Positions 11,674-21,346 of a stretch of 64,000 nt of DNA are shown here, piece by piece (within the stretch, counting starts at the first letter, position 1; the number at the start of each line of letters is the position of its first letter). Source of the DNA: an uncultured bacterium. Its GTDB lineage: Bacteria; Verrucomicrobiota; Verrucomicrobiia; Limisphaerales; UBA8199. The position numbers were made by a program, and so were the translations under genes. The notes beneath the pieces were generated by a model, which did no database searches, was not told where the DNA came from, and saw only the letters and a program-made list of their open reading frames with translations. The stretch is taken from NCBI GenBank assembly GCA_963749495.1, contig CAVVMW010000021.1, positions 640,001 to 704,000 of the forward strand, given 5' to 3'.

Positions 11674-13388
11674 AAACCAAAATCCGAACCAGGCAGAAAA
11701 ATGGGGGCAGAAAGATGAATCTCTTTCTTATGTTTCTGCCCCCATTTTTCTGCCTTCAAGTCTTCCTGCTGGCGGGCGCCGGGTGCCGCAAGCCGGCGCC
11801 GGCCGGCGGGCTGGTGCTGACGCAATCGCCTGCGCGCGCCGCTGCCGCTGCGGCGGCAGATGTCCTTGATTTGCGTTATCCGCCCGGCAGCCGCGTCGTT
11901 CTGGCGGCCGAACCGTTCGACCCGAGGCGCGTTCAGGTGCTTTCGCAGGGCTTGGCCGCGGCGGGCGATCCGCTGATCTCCTATGATGGCCGGCGCATCT
12001 GCTTCGTGGGCAAAGCCGGCGCCACCAGTGACTGGCAGGTCTATGAAGCGGGGCCGGACAACGACCGTCCTCGCGCCCTGACCTCCATGCCGGGCGGCGC
12101 GATGAGCCCGGCGCTCCTTCCGGATGGGGCTCTTGTCTTCGCCTCGCCAGTGCCAAGGGCCGCTGGGACCAGCCCCGCTCAACCACCTTCGGCCCTTTAT
12201 GCTCAATCGCCCGGCGGTCCGCCGCGCCGGTTGACCTTCGGCGCCCAGGGCGCCGCCGCACCGACGATGCTGCTGGACGGCAGAATCCTGTTCGTTTTCA
12301 CCGGACGCGCGCCAGCGGACCCTCTGGAGCCGGCAGGTCCCGCTTCCGGCCCGGCATTGTTCACGATCAACAACGATGGGACGGAGGTCAGCGCCTTCGC
12401 CGGGCGAAAGGAGCCGGGCGCAGTCATCGAGCGGCCCAGGGAATTGCCGGATGGCCGGGTGGTGTACCTGGTTTCAAAGGGCGACGCCCTTGTGCCCGGG
12501 GGCAGGGCTGAGGCGGTCCGCTTGGCGCGGCCGTTTCAAAGCTGCGCGCCGCTGTTTTCGGGTACCGACCGCATCCGAGCGGTGCAGCCTGCGAACAATG
12601 GCGATTTATTGGTGTGCGCAGCGGGTGCATCGGCGCCCGGGTCTTCACTGGCGCTGTTTCGCATCAGTTCGACTGCGCCTGCCTTGGGCGTGCCGCTCGT
12701 GGCCGACCCGGCCTGGAACAGTTGCGAAGCGGTTGAAATGGCTCCGCACCCCCGGCCCATGGGACGGCTGTCGAGCATGGACCCCGCCAAACAGACCGGG
12801 CAGGTCCTCTGCCTCGACGCAAACTATACCAGTTATGCCCTGGAACCAGGCGGGACCAATTCAGCCGTGGACCGCGTCCGGGTGCTCGCGGAAAGGCCGC
12901 CTGGGGTGGTTTGCGCGCTGGGCGAGGTGCGGGTGCAGGCCGACGGCTCGTTCATGGCCCGCGTGCCGGCCAACGTGCCGCTCGGCTTCGAAGCGCTCGA
13001 TGAAGCCGGCCGGCTCCTGCGCCGAGAGGCCCCGATGCTTTGGGTGCGGCCCGGCGAGAACCGCTCCTGCATCGGTTGTCACGAGCCGCGCAATCACTCG
13101 CCGCACAATCACCGCTCCCTCGCCTTGGACGCGCCCGTGCCACGCCTGGGCCTGGAAAACGCAGCCTTGGCCGGCCCAGCGGGAAACCGGCCGGCTAGAC
13201 CCCGGCTCAGAAGTCACCGCGGAAGTCCGCAAGGTTTTGGAGTGCGCCAGCCCTCTGGCGCTTTTGCGCCCCCGGCTCCGGGTTCGAAAAAGCGGCAGAG
13301 GACTGCCGCAGTCCAAAACGCTTCGCGCCCTCGCCCGCAGGGCCGCCATTCGGTTCATGATCCCAATGCGAGATTTCAAAATCTTTGA
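11670..13388 (+). CDS. Hydrazine synthase alpha-subunit-related lipoprotein (TolB-like propeller plus HZS-alpha middle domain, one CxxCH)
   Basis: Lipobox-like LAGAGC; 'ISYDGRRICFVGK...WQVYE'; 'LFTINNDGT'; 'ADGSFMARVPANVPLGFEALDE...WVRPGENRSCIGCHE'; the last ~60 codons read through a repeat, so the true end may be near 13200. Confidence 0.75.
   Translation: MKTKIRTRQKNGGRKMNLFLMFLPPFFCLQVFLLAGAGCRKPAPAGGLVLTQSPARAAAAAAADVLDLRYPPGSRVVLAAEPFDPRRVQVLSQGLAAAGDPLISYDGRRICFVGKAGATSDWQVYEAGPDNDRPRALTSMPGGAMSPALLPDGALVFASPVPRAAGTSPAQPPSALYAQSPGGPPRRLTFGAQGAAAPTMLLDGRILFVFTGRAPADPLEPAGPASGPALFTINNDGTEVSAFAGRKEPGAVIERPRELPDGRVVYLVSKGDALVPGGRAEAVRLARPFQSCAPLFSGTDRIRAVQPANNGDLLVCAAGASAPGSSLALFRISSTAPALGVPLVADPAWNSCEAVEMAPHPRPMGRLSSMDPAKQTGQVLCLDANYTSYALEPGGTNSAVDRVRVLAERPPGVVCALGEVRVQADGSFMARVPANVPLGFEALDEAGRLLRREAPMLWVRPGENRSCIGCHEPRNHSPHNHRSLALDAPVPRLGLENAALAGPAGNRPARPRLRSHRGSPQGFGVRQPSGAFAPPAPGSKKRQRTAAVQNASRPRPQGRHSVHDPNARFQNL
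11691..11755. repeat. 23-bp perfect inverted repeat inside the 5' end of the HzsA-like gene
   Basis: AGGCAGAAAAATGGGGGCAGAAA (11691-11713) / TTTCTGCCCCCATTTTTCTGCCT (11733-11755). Confidence 0.8.
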
Positions 13389-13405
13389 GGCTTCCGATGA
13401 ACCGG
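13226..13405. repeat. REP-like family A plus 'ggttcatg...atgaacc' module
   Basis: gttttggagtgcgccagccctctggcgcttt...aaagcggcagaggactgccgcagtccaaaac, then ggttcatgatcccaatgcg...gatgaacc. Confidence 0.75.
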
Positions 13406-13422
13406 CACCCAAGTGACATCAA

Positions 13423-15389
13423 ATGAAACGGCGGACCCTGGTCATCCTGTTGGTCCTGGCGGGCCTGGCCGGCGTGGCGCTCTGGCTGAGGCAGTACGAT
13501 TGGATCGACCATGTCTTGGGCATGTCCCACCAGAAGGACCTGGCGAACGTGTCCTGCTTTAACTGTCACCTCGTTTCCACCGCGCGCCTGCGCTGGGCCC
13601 AACCCCGGCCGCATCACGACGCGCCGGCTGGTCTGGCGGTTTCGCCGGACGGAAGGAGAATTTACATTGCGCTCGACGACCGGAATCAAGTGGCCGAAGC
13701 CGACACTCGCACTCGGCATGTCCTGCGCCGGACCAAGGTGGCGGGACGGCCATTCGGGTTGGCCCTGGACACCGCCGGCAAGAGGCTCTTCGTCACCTGC
13801 CGGGACGGCGACCGGGTGGCGGTGCTGGACACGGAGTCGTTGCAGGAAACCGGGTCAATCGCGGTGGGCATGGCGCCCGTAGCGGCCGCCTTTTGCCGCA
13901 CGCCCGCCGGAGACCGCCTGGTGGTGGCCAATTCCATGTCCGACGACATTTCCGTGCTTTCGGTTTCGCCGTTGCAGGAACTGGGCCGGCCCTGGGCGGG
14001 GCGCGAGCCCTTTGCCGTGGCGGCCGCGCCGGACGGCACACGCGCGTTTGTCGCCAACCGCATGGTTGGCCTGGTTTCGGTACAGAGCATTCCCGCGTCC
14101 GAGGTGACCGAACTCAATCCGGTGACAGCCCGCGTGGTGCGGCGCGGCTCGCTTGACTCGGCGCATCTCTCGGAGGGGATATGCGCGGTGCCTTCGCGGT
14201 CGTGGCTGCTGACGCCGCTGGTCAAGGTGCGCAACCTGGTCCCCATCACCCAGGTGGCCAACGGCTGGGTCATGTCCGCCGGACTGGCGGTCACCGATGC
14301 CAAGACCGGCCGCATCATTCAACTGCCCCTGGACGAAGCGAACCGTTATTTCGCCGACCCGTCGGGCGTTGCAGCCGAGCCTTTGGGCAAACGCGCCTTT
14401 GTCGCCTCCGGCGGCAGTGACGTGGTCACGGTAGTGGACCTGGAGCGCCTGGCGGCCTGGCTGGAAGCCGCAGACCCGACGGCCCGGCAGGAGGCGATTT
14501 ATGACCTTTCGCTCTCGGCCGAGTACGTCACGGCCCGGATTCCCACCGCGCGCAACCCCCGCCACCTGGCGCTCAGCCTGGACGGCGCCACGCTCTTCGT
14601 CGCCGAGCGCCTGGCGGACAGCATCCTGGTGGTGGACGCCCGGAGTTTGCACGCCGAAGGCCGGATCGTTTTGGGAGACGGCGGCTCGAACGACCCGATA
14701 CGGCGCGGCGAGCGGGTTTTCACCACGGCGGCCTACACGTTCCAGGGCCAGTTCTCCTGCCGCTCGTGCCATCCGGACGGCCACGTGGACGGCCTGAACT
14801 ACGACTTCGACGGCGAGACCATCGGCGACAACCTGTTGGACAACCGCAGCCTCCTGGGCGTGGCCGGCACCGAACCGTTCAAGTGGAACGGCAAAAACCC
14901 GAGCCTTGAGGTGCAGTGCGGCCCGCGCTTCGCCAAGGTGCTGATGCGCACCGAGCCCTTTCCGCCCGCGCAACTGCAGGACCTGACGACGTTCATCAAA
15001 TCGCTGCCGCCCCAGCGCAGTCCCCGGAGCGCGGACGGGAAACTGACGCCGTTGCAGGAGCGCGGGAAGGCCATTTTCTTCGCCACCATGACCCCGTCCG
15101 GCAAGGAGATCCGCACGAACGGCGGTGCTCGACCTGCCATCGCCCGCCGCTCTACACCATACGGCTGTCCTTCAACGTGGGCACACAAGGCCCGAACGAC
15201 ACCACCGTGGCCTTCGACACCCCGCACCTGCTGGGCATCGCCCACACCGCACCCTATCTCCACGATGGCCGGGCCCAAACCCTCGAGGAACTCTGGACCA
15301 CGTACAACACCAACGATATGCACGGGGTGAGCAGCTACATGAACAAAATCCAGCTCAACGACTTGGTCGAGTTCCTCAAAACACTATGA
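13423..15389 (+). CDS. YncE-type beta-propeller fused to a di-heme CcP/MauG-like domain (hydrazine synthase beta/gamma-like fusion), 3 CxxCH; frameshift near 15120
   Basis: CFNCH, CRSCH, CSTCH motifs; propeller repeats 'PAGLAVSPDG', 'PRHLALSLDG'; CcP-type tail 'FDTPHLLGIAHTAPYLHDGRAQTLEE...DMHG...LNDLVEFLKTL'. Confidence 0.8.
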
Positions 15390-15454
15390 GCTTGCTTGCG
15401 ACGCAATTTGGCAGGACCTTCGGGCACCGCGTAGTGGCACATGAACCGTCGGCA

Positions 15455-15560
15455 AGCCCGCAGGTTTTGGACTGCGCCACTCCTCTGGCGCTTTTTGGAC
15501 TCAGACCCAGGGGACACGAAAGCGGCAGAGGACTGCCGCAGTCCAAAACGCTTCGCGGCT
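15455..15560. repeat. REP-like palindrome family A
   Basis: gcaggttttggactgcgccactcctctggcgcttt...aaagcggcagaggactgccgcagtccaaaacgcttcgcg. Confidence 0.8.
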
Positions 15561-15619
15561 GGCAACGCCCGTCCGGTTCCTGGTGGCGGAATGCCAGTCA
15601 CCCAAACGCAATGTGAACC

Positions 15620-16757
15620 ATGAAAACCACCCCGCATCGTCTCACGCTGGCCGCCGGCCTCGCCCTGGGCCTTCAATTGGCCGCCCCGCCTCCCAGCCGC
15701 GCCGCGGAAAACGCGGCACCCCCCCTGCCCTTCCCGTTGATCGAACGCTTCGAAAACCTCGGCGTGAAGGACGGAATTCCCACGCACAAGGTCCACTGCG
15801 TGTTGCGCGCCAGCGACGGCCAGCTCTGGGTGGGCACCTATGACGGCGTGCTGGTCCGTGAAGAAGGGAGGTTCCGCAAGCTCGGCGTCGAGGATGGCCT
15901 GAGCCACAAGATGGTGATGTGCATGGTCGAGGACAAGCGCACCGGCGACCTGTGGGTCGGCACGATGCGCGGGTTGAACCGTTGCAGCGCCGGACGCGTC
16001 ACGTCCTGCCTCCAAACCACCAGCGGCCTGCCCAACAACGTGGTGTATGGCCTGGACATCCTGGGAGACACTCTCTGGGTGGCGACCGCCGCCGGCCTGG
16101 GCGCCCTCAATCTCAGGACCGGCCAATGGAGCATCTATGACCAGAGCAACACTACCATGCACGAGCCCTGGGTGTATTCGGTGAAGGGCGCCAAGGACCG
16201 CCTGTTCGTGGGCGTATGGGGCGGCGGCATTCTCGAACGCGAATTGCCGAACGGCCCCTTCAAGGAACACCGCGACCCCGACCGCGATTTTCATTTCGAC
16301 CTCGTCCCCGACGACGGCCCGGTCAACGACATCACCTCCTGGATTGCCTGGGAGGAGGGCATCCTCTGGCAGGGGACCTATTTCGGCATGTCGCGCTACG
16401 ACGGCTCCCGCTGGCGCACCTGGCAGGAGAAGACCTCCCCGCTGGTCTCCAACTTCATCAACTTCATCTGGGCCCATGGCCGCGTCGCCTGGGTCGGAAC
16501 AGAATCGCGGCCTGTCGGTGACCGACGGCGACACCTGGGCCACCTACCGCGCCGATGAGAAGGGTAATGGCCTTGTCGAGATCGCCCGGCCGGGCCGGCA
16601 GGTCGAGACGCGAACGATGCCCACAAAACTCCCGAATGACTTCGTCCTGGGCATCTGGGTGGACGACCAGGAGGGATGGTTTGCCACCTCCGACGGCCTG
16701 GGACACGGCCTTTTCGCCGCGCCATCCAAGCCCGCCAAAGTTGCGCAGGGAAAGTAG
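15620..16757 (+). CDS. Secreted two-component-regulator-propeller (Reg_prop) protein; frameshift near 16503
   Basis: Signal peptide; repeats 'LWVGTYDG', 'DGLSHKMV', 'GLPNNVVY', 'LWVAT', 'LPNDFVLGI...WFATSDGL'. Confidence 0.75.
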
Positions 16758-16799
16758 GTCCACAATGTCAAACCGAGATCCAAGAGCGCGTTCGAAACG

Positions 16800-16905
16800 C
16801 TTCGCCTTCGAGTCTTTGTCGAAGCCTTTGGCGAAGCCTTTGGCGCGAACCTTTGTCGAAAAATGGCGAATCCGACAAAGGTTGCGACAAAGGCTGCGAC
16901 AAAGT
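16800..16905. repeat. Intergenic palindromic repeat (ctttgtcg / cgacaaag units)
   Basis: Tandem ctttg(t/g)cg units followed by complementary cgacaaag units. Confidence 0.65.
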
Positions 16906-16954
16906 TCTCATTCCGGCGAGTTTTTCGGACGCCCTTTAAGAACGGCCGCGTATT

Positions 16955-18313
16955 ATGAAAAAAATGCACCTCGTGTGCCTCACCGCGGTGGCCCTGGCCC
17001 CCGCGGCCTGGGGCGCCTACCCGGGGAAGGAAGAGGCCAACACCAATTCCCCCATCGAGCCGATCCTCCCGCCGGGCACACCCGCCGCCCAACAGCCGGA
17101 AGGCGATTATCCCTACTACGGCAACGTGCCGGAGGAGATGATGCCCTACCGCAACATCAAGCCGTTCTACCGCTACTGGCTGACACGGCTCAAGTTCTAC
17201 GGACCCGGCCGCGAGTATCCCGATCCCCCCGGCCTGAAATCGCTCAAGGTCGGCCTGCTCAGCCCGGCGCCTGACGGCCCGGAAACCGCGCGCGGCCAGA
17301 TGAGCAAACGCGGCCTCATGCTGGCCTTCGAGGAAGCCAACGCCGCCCGCCGGCCCGGCGAACTGCCCTTTGAGGTCATCGAAAAGGCCGACTCGCCCCA
17401 GTGGGGCAGCGCCGCGAACATCGCGGTCGAATTCGCCGACACCGGCGTGCTGGCCTTCGTCGGCACGGTTGACGGCGATGCCACGCACGTGGCGTTGCGG
17501 GCGGTCTTGAAGCTCGAAATCTTCATGCTCAACTGCTCCGATCCCGATCCGAGCCTGACCGAGACGCAAGTCCCCTGGCTGCTGCGCAACTTTCCTGACA
17601 ACCGCCAGCAGGGCTACTTGCTGGCCCGGCTGATCGTCCAGGAACGCGGCTTGACTCGCATCGTCGTGTTGCGCACCAACAGCCGGCCCGGCCGCATGGG
17701 CGTCCGGCCATTCGTGGATGCCGTGCGCCGGCTTGGCCACCCGGTGGCGCAGGAGATCAATTTCACGGAAGGGGACCGCACCTTCGACACCCAGGTCGCG
17801 GTCATCAAACAGGCAAACCCGGAGGCTGTAGTGTTCTGGGGCAACCCCGAGGAGACCGGCCCGGCGGCGACCCAATTGCGGGCGGCGGGCGTGAAAGCCG
17901 CGTTTTTTGGGTTTGATCGCCTCGTGGACCCAGAGTTCGTCAGGCTGGCGGGCCCAGCGGCCGAAGGCGCCACAGCCGCCTACTTCTTCGACCCGGAGAA
18001 AACGGACAAGCCCTGGACGGATTTCGTGGCGCGATTCCAAAGGCGATACGGGCTGAAACCGGACATCTACGCCGGCTATGCCTACGATGGCGCGCAAATG
18101 CTCGTCGCGGCCATCCGGAAGGGCGGGCCCAACCGCTACCGGATTCGCGATCTCATGGCCAGCATTGACGAATACACCGGCGTGAGCGGCTACATGCGCT
18201 TCGATGGCCGCTGGGACAATATCGCGCCCATCGTGGTCGCTCACTATGCGCAAGGCCGATGGCATTACGCCCCCGCCCCGCAAACCCATCCGCTCAAGAC
18301 GGCCCTCAAGTAA
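16955..18313 (+). CDS. Periplasmic binding protein, branched-chain amino acid (LivJ/K-like) fold
   Basis: 'LKVGLLSP', 'LAFEEANA', 'FDTQVAVIKQANPEAVVFWG', 'PDIYAGYAYDGAQML', 'YTGVSGYMRFD'. Confidence 0.85.
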   Translation: MKKMHLVCLTAVALAPAAWGAYPGKEEANTNSPIEPILPPGTPAAQQPEGDYPYYGNVPEEMMPYRNIKPFYRYWLTRLKFYGPGREYPDPPGLKSLKVGLLSPAPDGPETARGQMSKRGLMLAFEEANAARRPGELPFEVIEKADSPQWGSAANIAVEFADTGVLAFVGTVDGDATHVALRAVLKLEIFMLNCSDPDPSLTETQVPWLLRNFPDNRQQGYLLARLIVQERGLTRIVVLRTNSRPGRMGVRPFVDAVRRLGHPVAQEINFTEGDRTFDTQVAVIKQANPEAVVFWGNPEETGPAATQLRAAGVKAAFFGFDRLVDPEFVRLAGPAAEGATAAYFFDPEKTDKPWTDFVARFQRRYGLKPDIYAGYAYDGAQMLVAAIRKGGPNRYRIRDLMASIDEYTGVSGYMRFDGRWDNIAPIVVAHYAQGRWHYAPAPQTHPLKTALK

Positions 18314-18400
18314 TGGGTGCCTTCCGATGGCGAGACCGGAGCAAAACAGGTGCGCAAAAGTAACCAGTCACTGAAAACGGAGACGGAGTCCCAGGCGGAC

Positions 18401-18545
18401 CCCTCACCCCGACCCTCTCCCCTTCCGAAGGGGAGAGGGAGAGGCGGCGGCCGTCCCTGGAATTTCCAGGCGTCTCCGCTGGCTCAAGCCGCTGCCGACA
18501 ATTCGCCCTCTCCCCATCCGATGGGGAGAGGGTTGGGGTGAGGGG
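18401..18545. repeat. REP-like palindrome (ccctcacccc...ggggtgaggg family)
   Basis: ccctcaccccgaccctctccccttccgaagggagaggga ... ccctctccccatccgatggggagagggttggggtgagggg. Confidence 0.75.
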
Positions 18546-18601
18546 TCCGGGGGGACTGTCTCCGCCTTCACTGAAGCCTTCGGCGCAAACGAAATGTCAG
18601 G

Positions 18602-19732
18602 GTGCCAATTGACAGATTGATGATCACATCAAGGATTTGGATCTGGAACGTTAGCATTCTATTCCTGGTAACGTCGGCAGCGCACGCTCACTCCGGCCAA
18701 GGGGCGGCGCAAAGCACCAATATCGTCATTGGCCTGCTCCTGCCGCCGGAGGAGCCCGAGGCCGCCAGCCTGCGCGAGGGGGCGACCCTCGGCGTGGAGG
18801 AGGCCAACCATTCTGCCGCGGTGCGCGTCCAACTGGTTATCCGCGGGCGCGCCGGCCAATGGGGCGCCGATGGAGTCGAAGCCGCCCGAATGGTGGCGGA
18901 CGACGGCGCGCAGGGCCTGATCGCGCCGCCCGACGGTTCAGCTTCCCACCTGGTCTTGCAGGTCTCCGGCCGCACGGCTGTTCCGGTGGTTTCCCTGTGT
19001 GCGGATTCCTCCGTGAGCCGGACGGGTGTTCCCTGGATGGCGCGGATCGTGCCGCAAACCACGGATGAGGCCAAGGCGCTGTTCAGCGGCCTGGGCAGCC
19101 ATCGCTGGCTTGCCGTGGTTCCCGAGGGCCGCGCCGGACGCGAGGCGGCGCGCGACCTCCAGACGGCCGCGCCAGCCAGCGGTTGTTCGCTGGAGAATGT
19201 CATCGAGGCAGAATCGACGTTCACCAACGCGGCCCGGCTCTGCAAACGAATCCTGGCCAACCGCCCCGAATCGGTGTGCCTCTGGCTGGAGGCGGGCGCG
19301 GCCGGAAGGCTGGCGAAATCGCTGCGAGCGGCTGGTTTTGCCGGGACGCTTGCCGGACCGGGCCGGCTGCGCTCGGCGGCCTTTGCGGCGGCTGCGGGCC
19401 ACGCCATGGAGGGCGTGATCGTGCCCGGCCCCGGTTTGGATGCCAAGGCGGCCGCTTGCCGGCGGCATTTCACCGCCGCCTTCCGCCGCCGTTTCGGCCA
19501 CGAACCGGATGCCACGGCGGCGATGAGTTACGACGCGGCCACGCTATTGATCCACGTTGTGCGGACCGCGGGCGGCCATCCGGCGCACGAGGCCTTTCCG
19601 CTCCGCTCCTCCCTCATCGGCGCTTCCGGAGTTTTAGCCTTCGACTCCCAGGGCAACCGGAAGGCAGACCTCCAGTTGTACCAAGCGCGCGGCGAGCGGT
19701 TCATGCCCGCGGAAACCGGGTCAGACCCATAG
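18602..19732 (+). CDS. Second LivJ/K-like periplasmic binding protein
   Basis: 'IVIGLLLP', 'GATLGVEEAN', 'FRRRFGHEPDATAAMSYDA', 'GASGVLAFDSQGNR'; start uncertain. Confidence 0.8.
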   Translation: MPIDRLMITSRIWIWNVSILFLVTSAAHAHSGQGAAQSTNIVIGLLLPPEEPEAASLREGATLGVEEANHSAAVRVQLVIRGRAGQWGADGVEAARMVADDGAQGLIAPPDGSASHLVLQVSGRTAVPVVSLCADSSVSRTGVPWMARIVPQTTDEAKALFSGLGSHRWLAVVPEGRAGREAARDLQTAAPASGCSLENVIEAESTFTNAARLCKRILANRPESVCLWLEAGAAGRLAKSLRAAGFAGTLAGPGRLRSAAFAAAAGHAMEGVIVPGPGLDAKAAACRRHFTAAFRRRFGHEPDATAAMSYDAATLLIHVVRTAGGHPAHEAFPLRSSLIGASGVLAFDSQGNRKADLQLYQARGERFMPAETGSDP

Positions 19733-19809
19733 GGGGGTGTCGGAGGGAAATCGCCACAAAATGGATTTTGCCGGGCTTTCATCACAGAGGGGCTGTAGGA
19801 ATCCAGATA

Positions 19810-19993
19810 CGAACTGGCACGGACCACAACGGTGCCGCCCATCCGGCCGCCTCTTCGTTTCCTTCGTTTCCTTCTGTTCTGTTCCTGTGCCCAGCCGGGC
19901 GGACGCTGGAAAAGAACAGAAGGAAACGAAGGAAACGAAGAATCGAAGAGCCAGATCTTCTCGGAGAGACTGCGATGTGGAGGTCCAATAGTA
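19810..19993. repeat. ~180-bp direct repeat copy 1 with internal hairpin
   Basis: Near-identical to 21079-21262; contains cttcgtttccttcgtttccttctgttc / gaacagaaggaaacgaaggaaacgaag. Confidence 0.85.
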
Positions 19994-20070
19994 GATGCCC
20001 ACTGGGCCGAACGCGGGTGCGCTTTTCGGCTGGATTCCCGCCGGCGTCACGATTAAGCTTTCCCCAACCG

Positions 20071-20946
20071 ATGAACGAGCAACTGGCGCCGTGGAATTCA
20101 CTGCTCTTGCTAATCACCGGGGTGGTCTCTTTCCTGGGATTTCAGAACCACCGGATCGAGCAGAGATTCATCTTCGACCCTGAGGCCGTTCTGGCCGGGA
20201 AGGAATATCATCGGCTGGTGAGTTCTGCGTTTTTGCACGCCGGGTGGGAGCACTTGCTGTTGAACCTGATCAGCATCTACGTGTTCGGCAGCTTAATCGA
20301 ATGGCGCTGCGGTCCGAGCCAGTTCCTGCTGATCTACTTCGGGTCGGTGCTCGGCGGCAGCCTGCTCTCACTCTACGTCCACCGGCGCCACGAATACCGT
20401 GCTTACGGCGCCTCCGGAGGGGCGTGCGGCGTCATCTTCGCGGTTATCCTGCTCTTCCCGGGCATCCGCGTGGCTCCGCTCTTCATCAACGCGTTTCTCG
20501 TGCCCGGTTGGGCTTATGCCATCGGCTTCATGCTGTTCTCGTTTTACGGGTTGAGGCGCAATCGGGACAACATCGGCCATGATGCGCACCTTGGCGGGGC
20601 AATCGTCGGCCTGCTGGTCGCCGCCGCGCTTCATCCCCAGGCGGTCCGCGCCAATTGGCCGGTCTTCCTCCTCCTGCTCAGCGGCGCGCTCCTGATCCTG
20701 GTCTATCTCTGGTTCAACTCGCTCATGCTTCCCCTCGCGGCATTCTTGCCGCGCCGCCGCAGCACGAAAGCCCGCCTCCACGAGCACCACCCACAGGCCA
20801 TGGAGGTCAACGCTATCCTCGAGAAAATCGCCGACAAGGGATTCCAGAGCCTGAGCGGTAAAGAACGGGCCCTGCTCGAGGAAGTCTCCGGCAAATACCG
20901 CCGCCGCGAACAGTCCAACAAACCGGATTCCGGCCTGACGATCTGA
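20071..20946 (+). CDS. Rhomboid intramembrane serine protease with C-terminal DUF6576-like tail
   Basis: 'RLVSSAFLHAGWEHLLLN', catalytic 'GASG', 'HDAHLGG'; tail 'VNAILEKIADKGFQSLSGKER'. Confidence 0.9.
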   Translation: MNEQLAPWNSLLLLITGVVSFLGFQNHRIEQRFIFDPEAVLAGKEYHRLVSSAFLHAGWEHLLLNLISIYVFGSLIEWRCGPSQFLLIYFGSVLGGSLLSLYVHRRHEYRAYGASGGACGVIFAVILLFPGIRVAPLFINAFLVPGWAYAIGFMLFSFYGLRRNRDNIGHDAHLGGAIVGLLVAAALHPQAVRANWPVFLLLLSGALLILVYLWFNSLMLPLAAFLPRRRSTKARLHEHHPQAMEVNAILEKIADKGFQSLSGKERALLEEVSGKYRRREQSNKPDSGLTI

Positions 20947-21078
20947 CGGGGGTGGGACAAAATTCCAGCTTGAATCAACGCGCATGAGCCACGACGAACG
21001 CCGCGGCCCGCCCGGCAATCCGCGCCACCTCGTCCGGCCTGGCCCCCGACAGCCCATGGCCAGCGCCCTCGACCGTGA

Positions 21079-21262
21079 CGAACTGGCACCGACCACAACG
21101 ATGCCGCCCATCCGGCCGCCTCTTCGTTTCCTTCGTTTCCTTCTGTTCTGTTCCTGTGCCCAGCCGGTGGGACGCTGGAAAAGAACAGAAGGAAACGAAG
21201 GAAACGAAGAATCGAAGAGCCAGATCATCTCGGGGAGCTGCGATCTGGAGGTCCAACAGTAA
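21079..21262. repeat. ~180-bp direct repeat copy 2
   Basis: Matches 19810-19993. Confidence 0.85.
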
Positions 21263-21346
21263 CCCTGTCTCACACCTCCATAGGGGGCGGTCCCCTTTTT
21301 TGGCTGGCATTTCCGCCTGCTGCTCTTAATCCTAATCCCAATCGAA

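Noticed and set aside
11670..15389. Calling these bona fide hzsA/hzsB/hzsC (anammox)
   Set aside because: The alpha-like protein is short with one heme, key residues appear changed, and the context is not Brocadiales-like; only homology is supported
16800..16905. Mini CRISPR array
   Set aside because: Short units form an inverted hairpin with no spacers
19183..20070. N-terminal extension of the rhomboid
   Set aside because: It overlaps the binding-protein gene and a repeat; rhomboid homology starts at 20071
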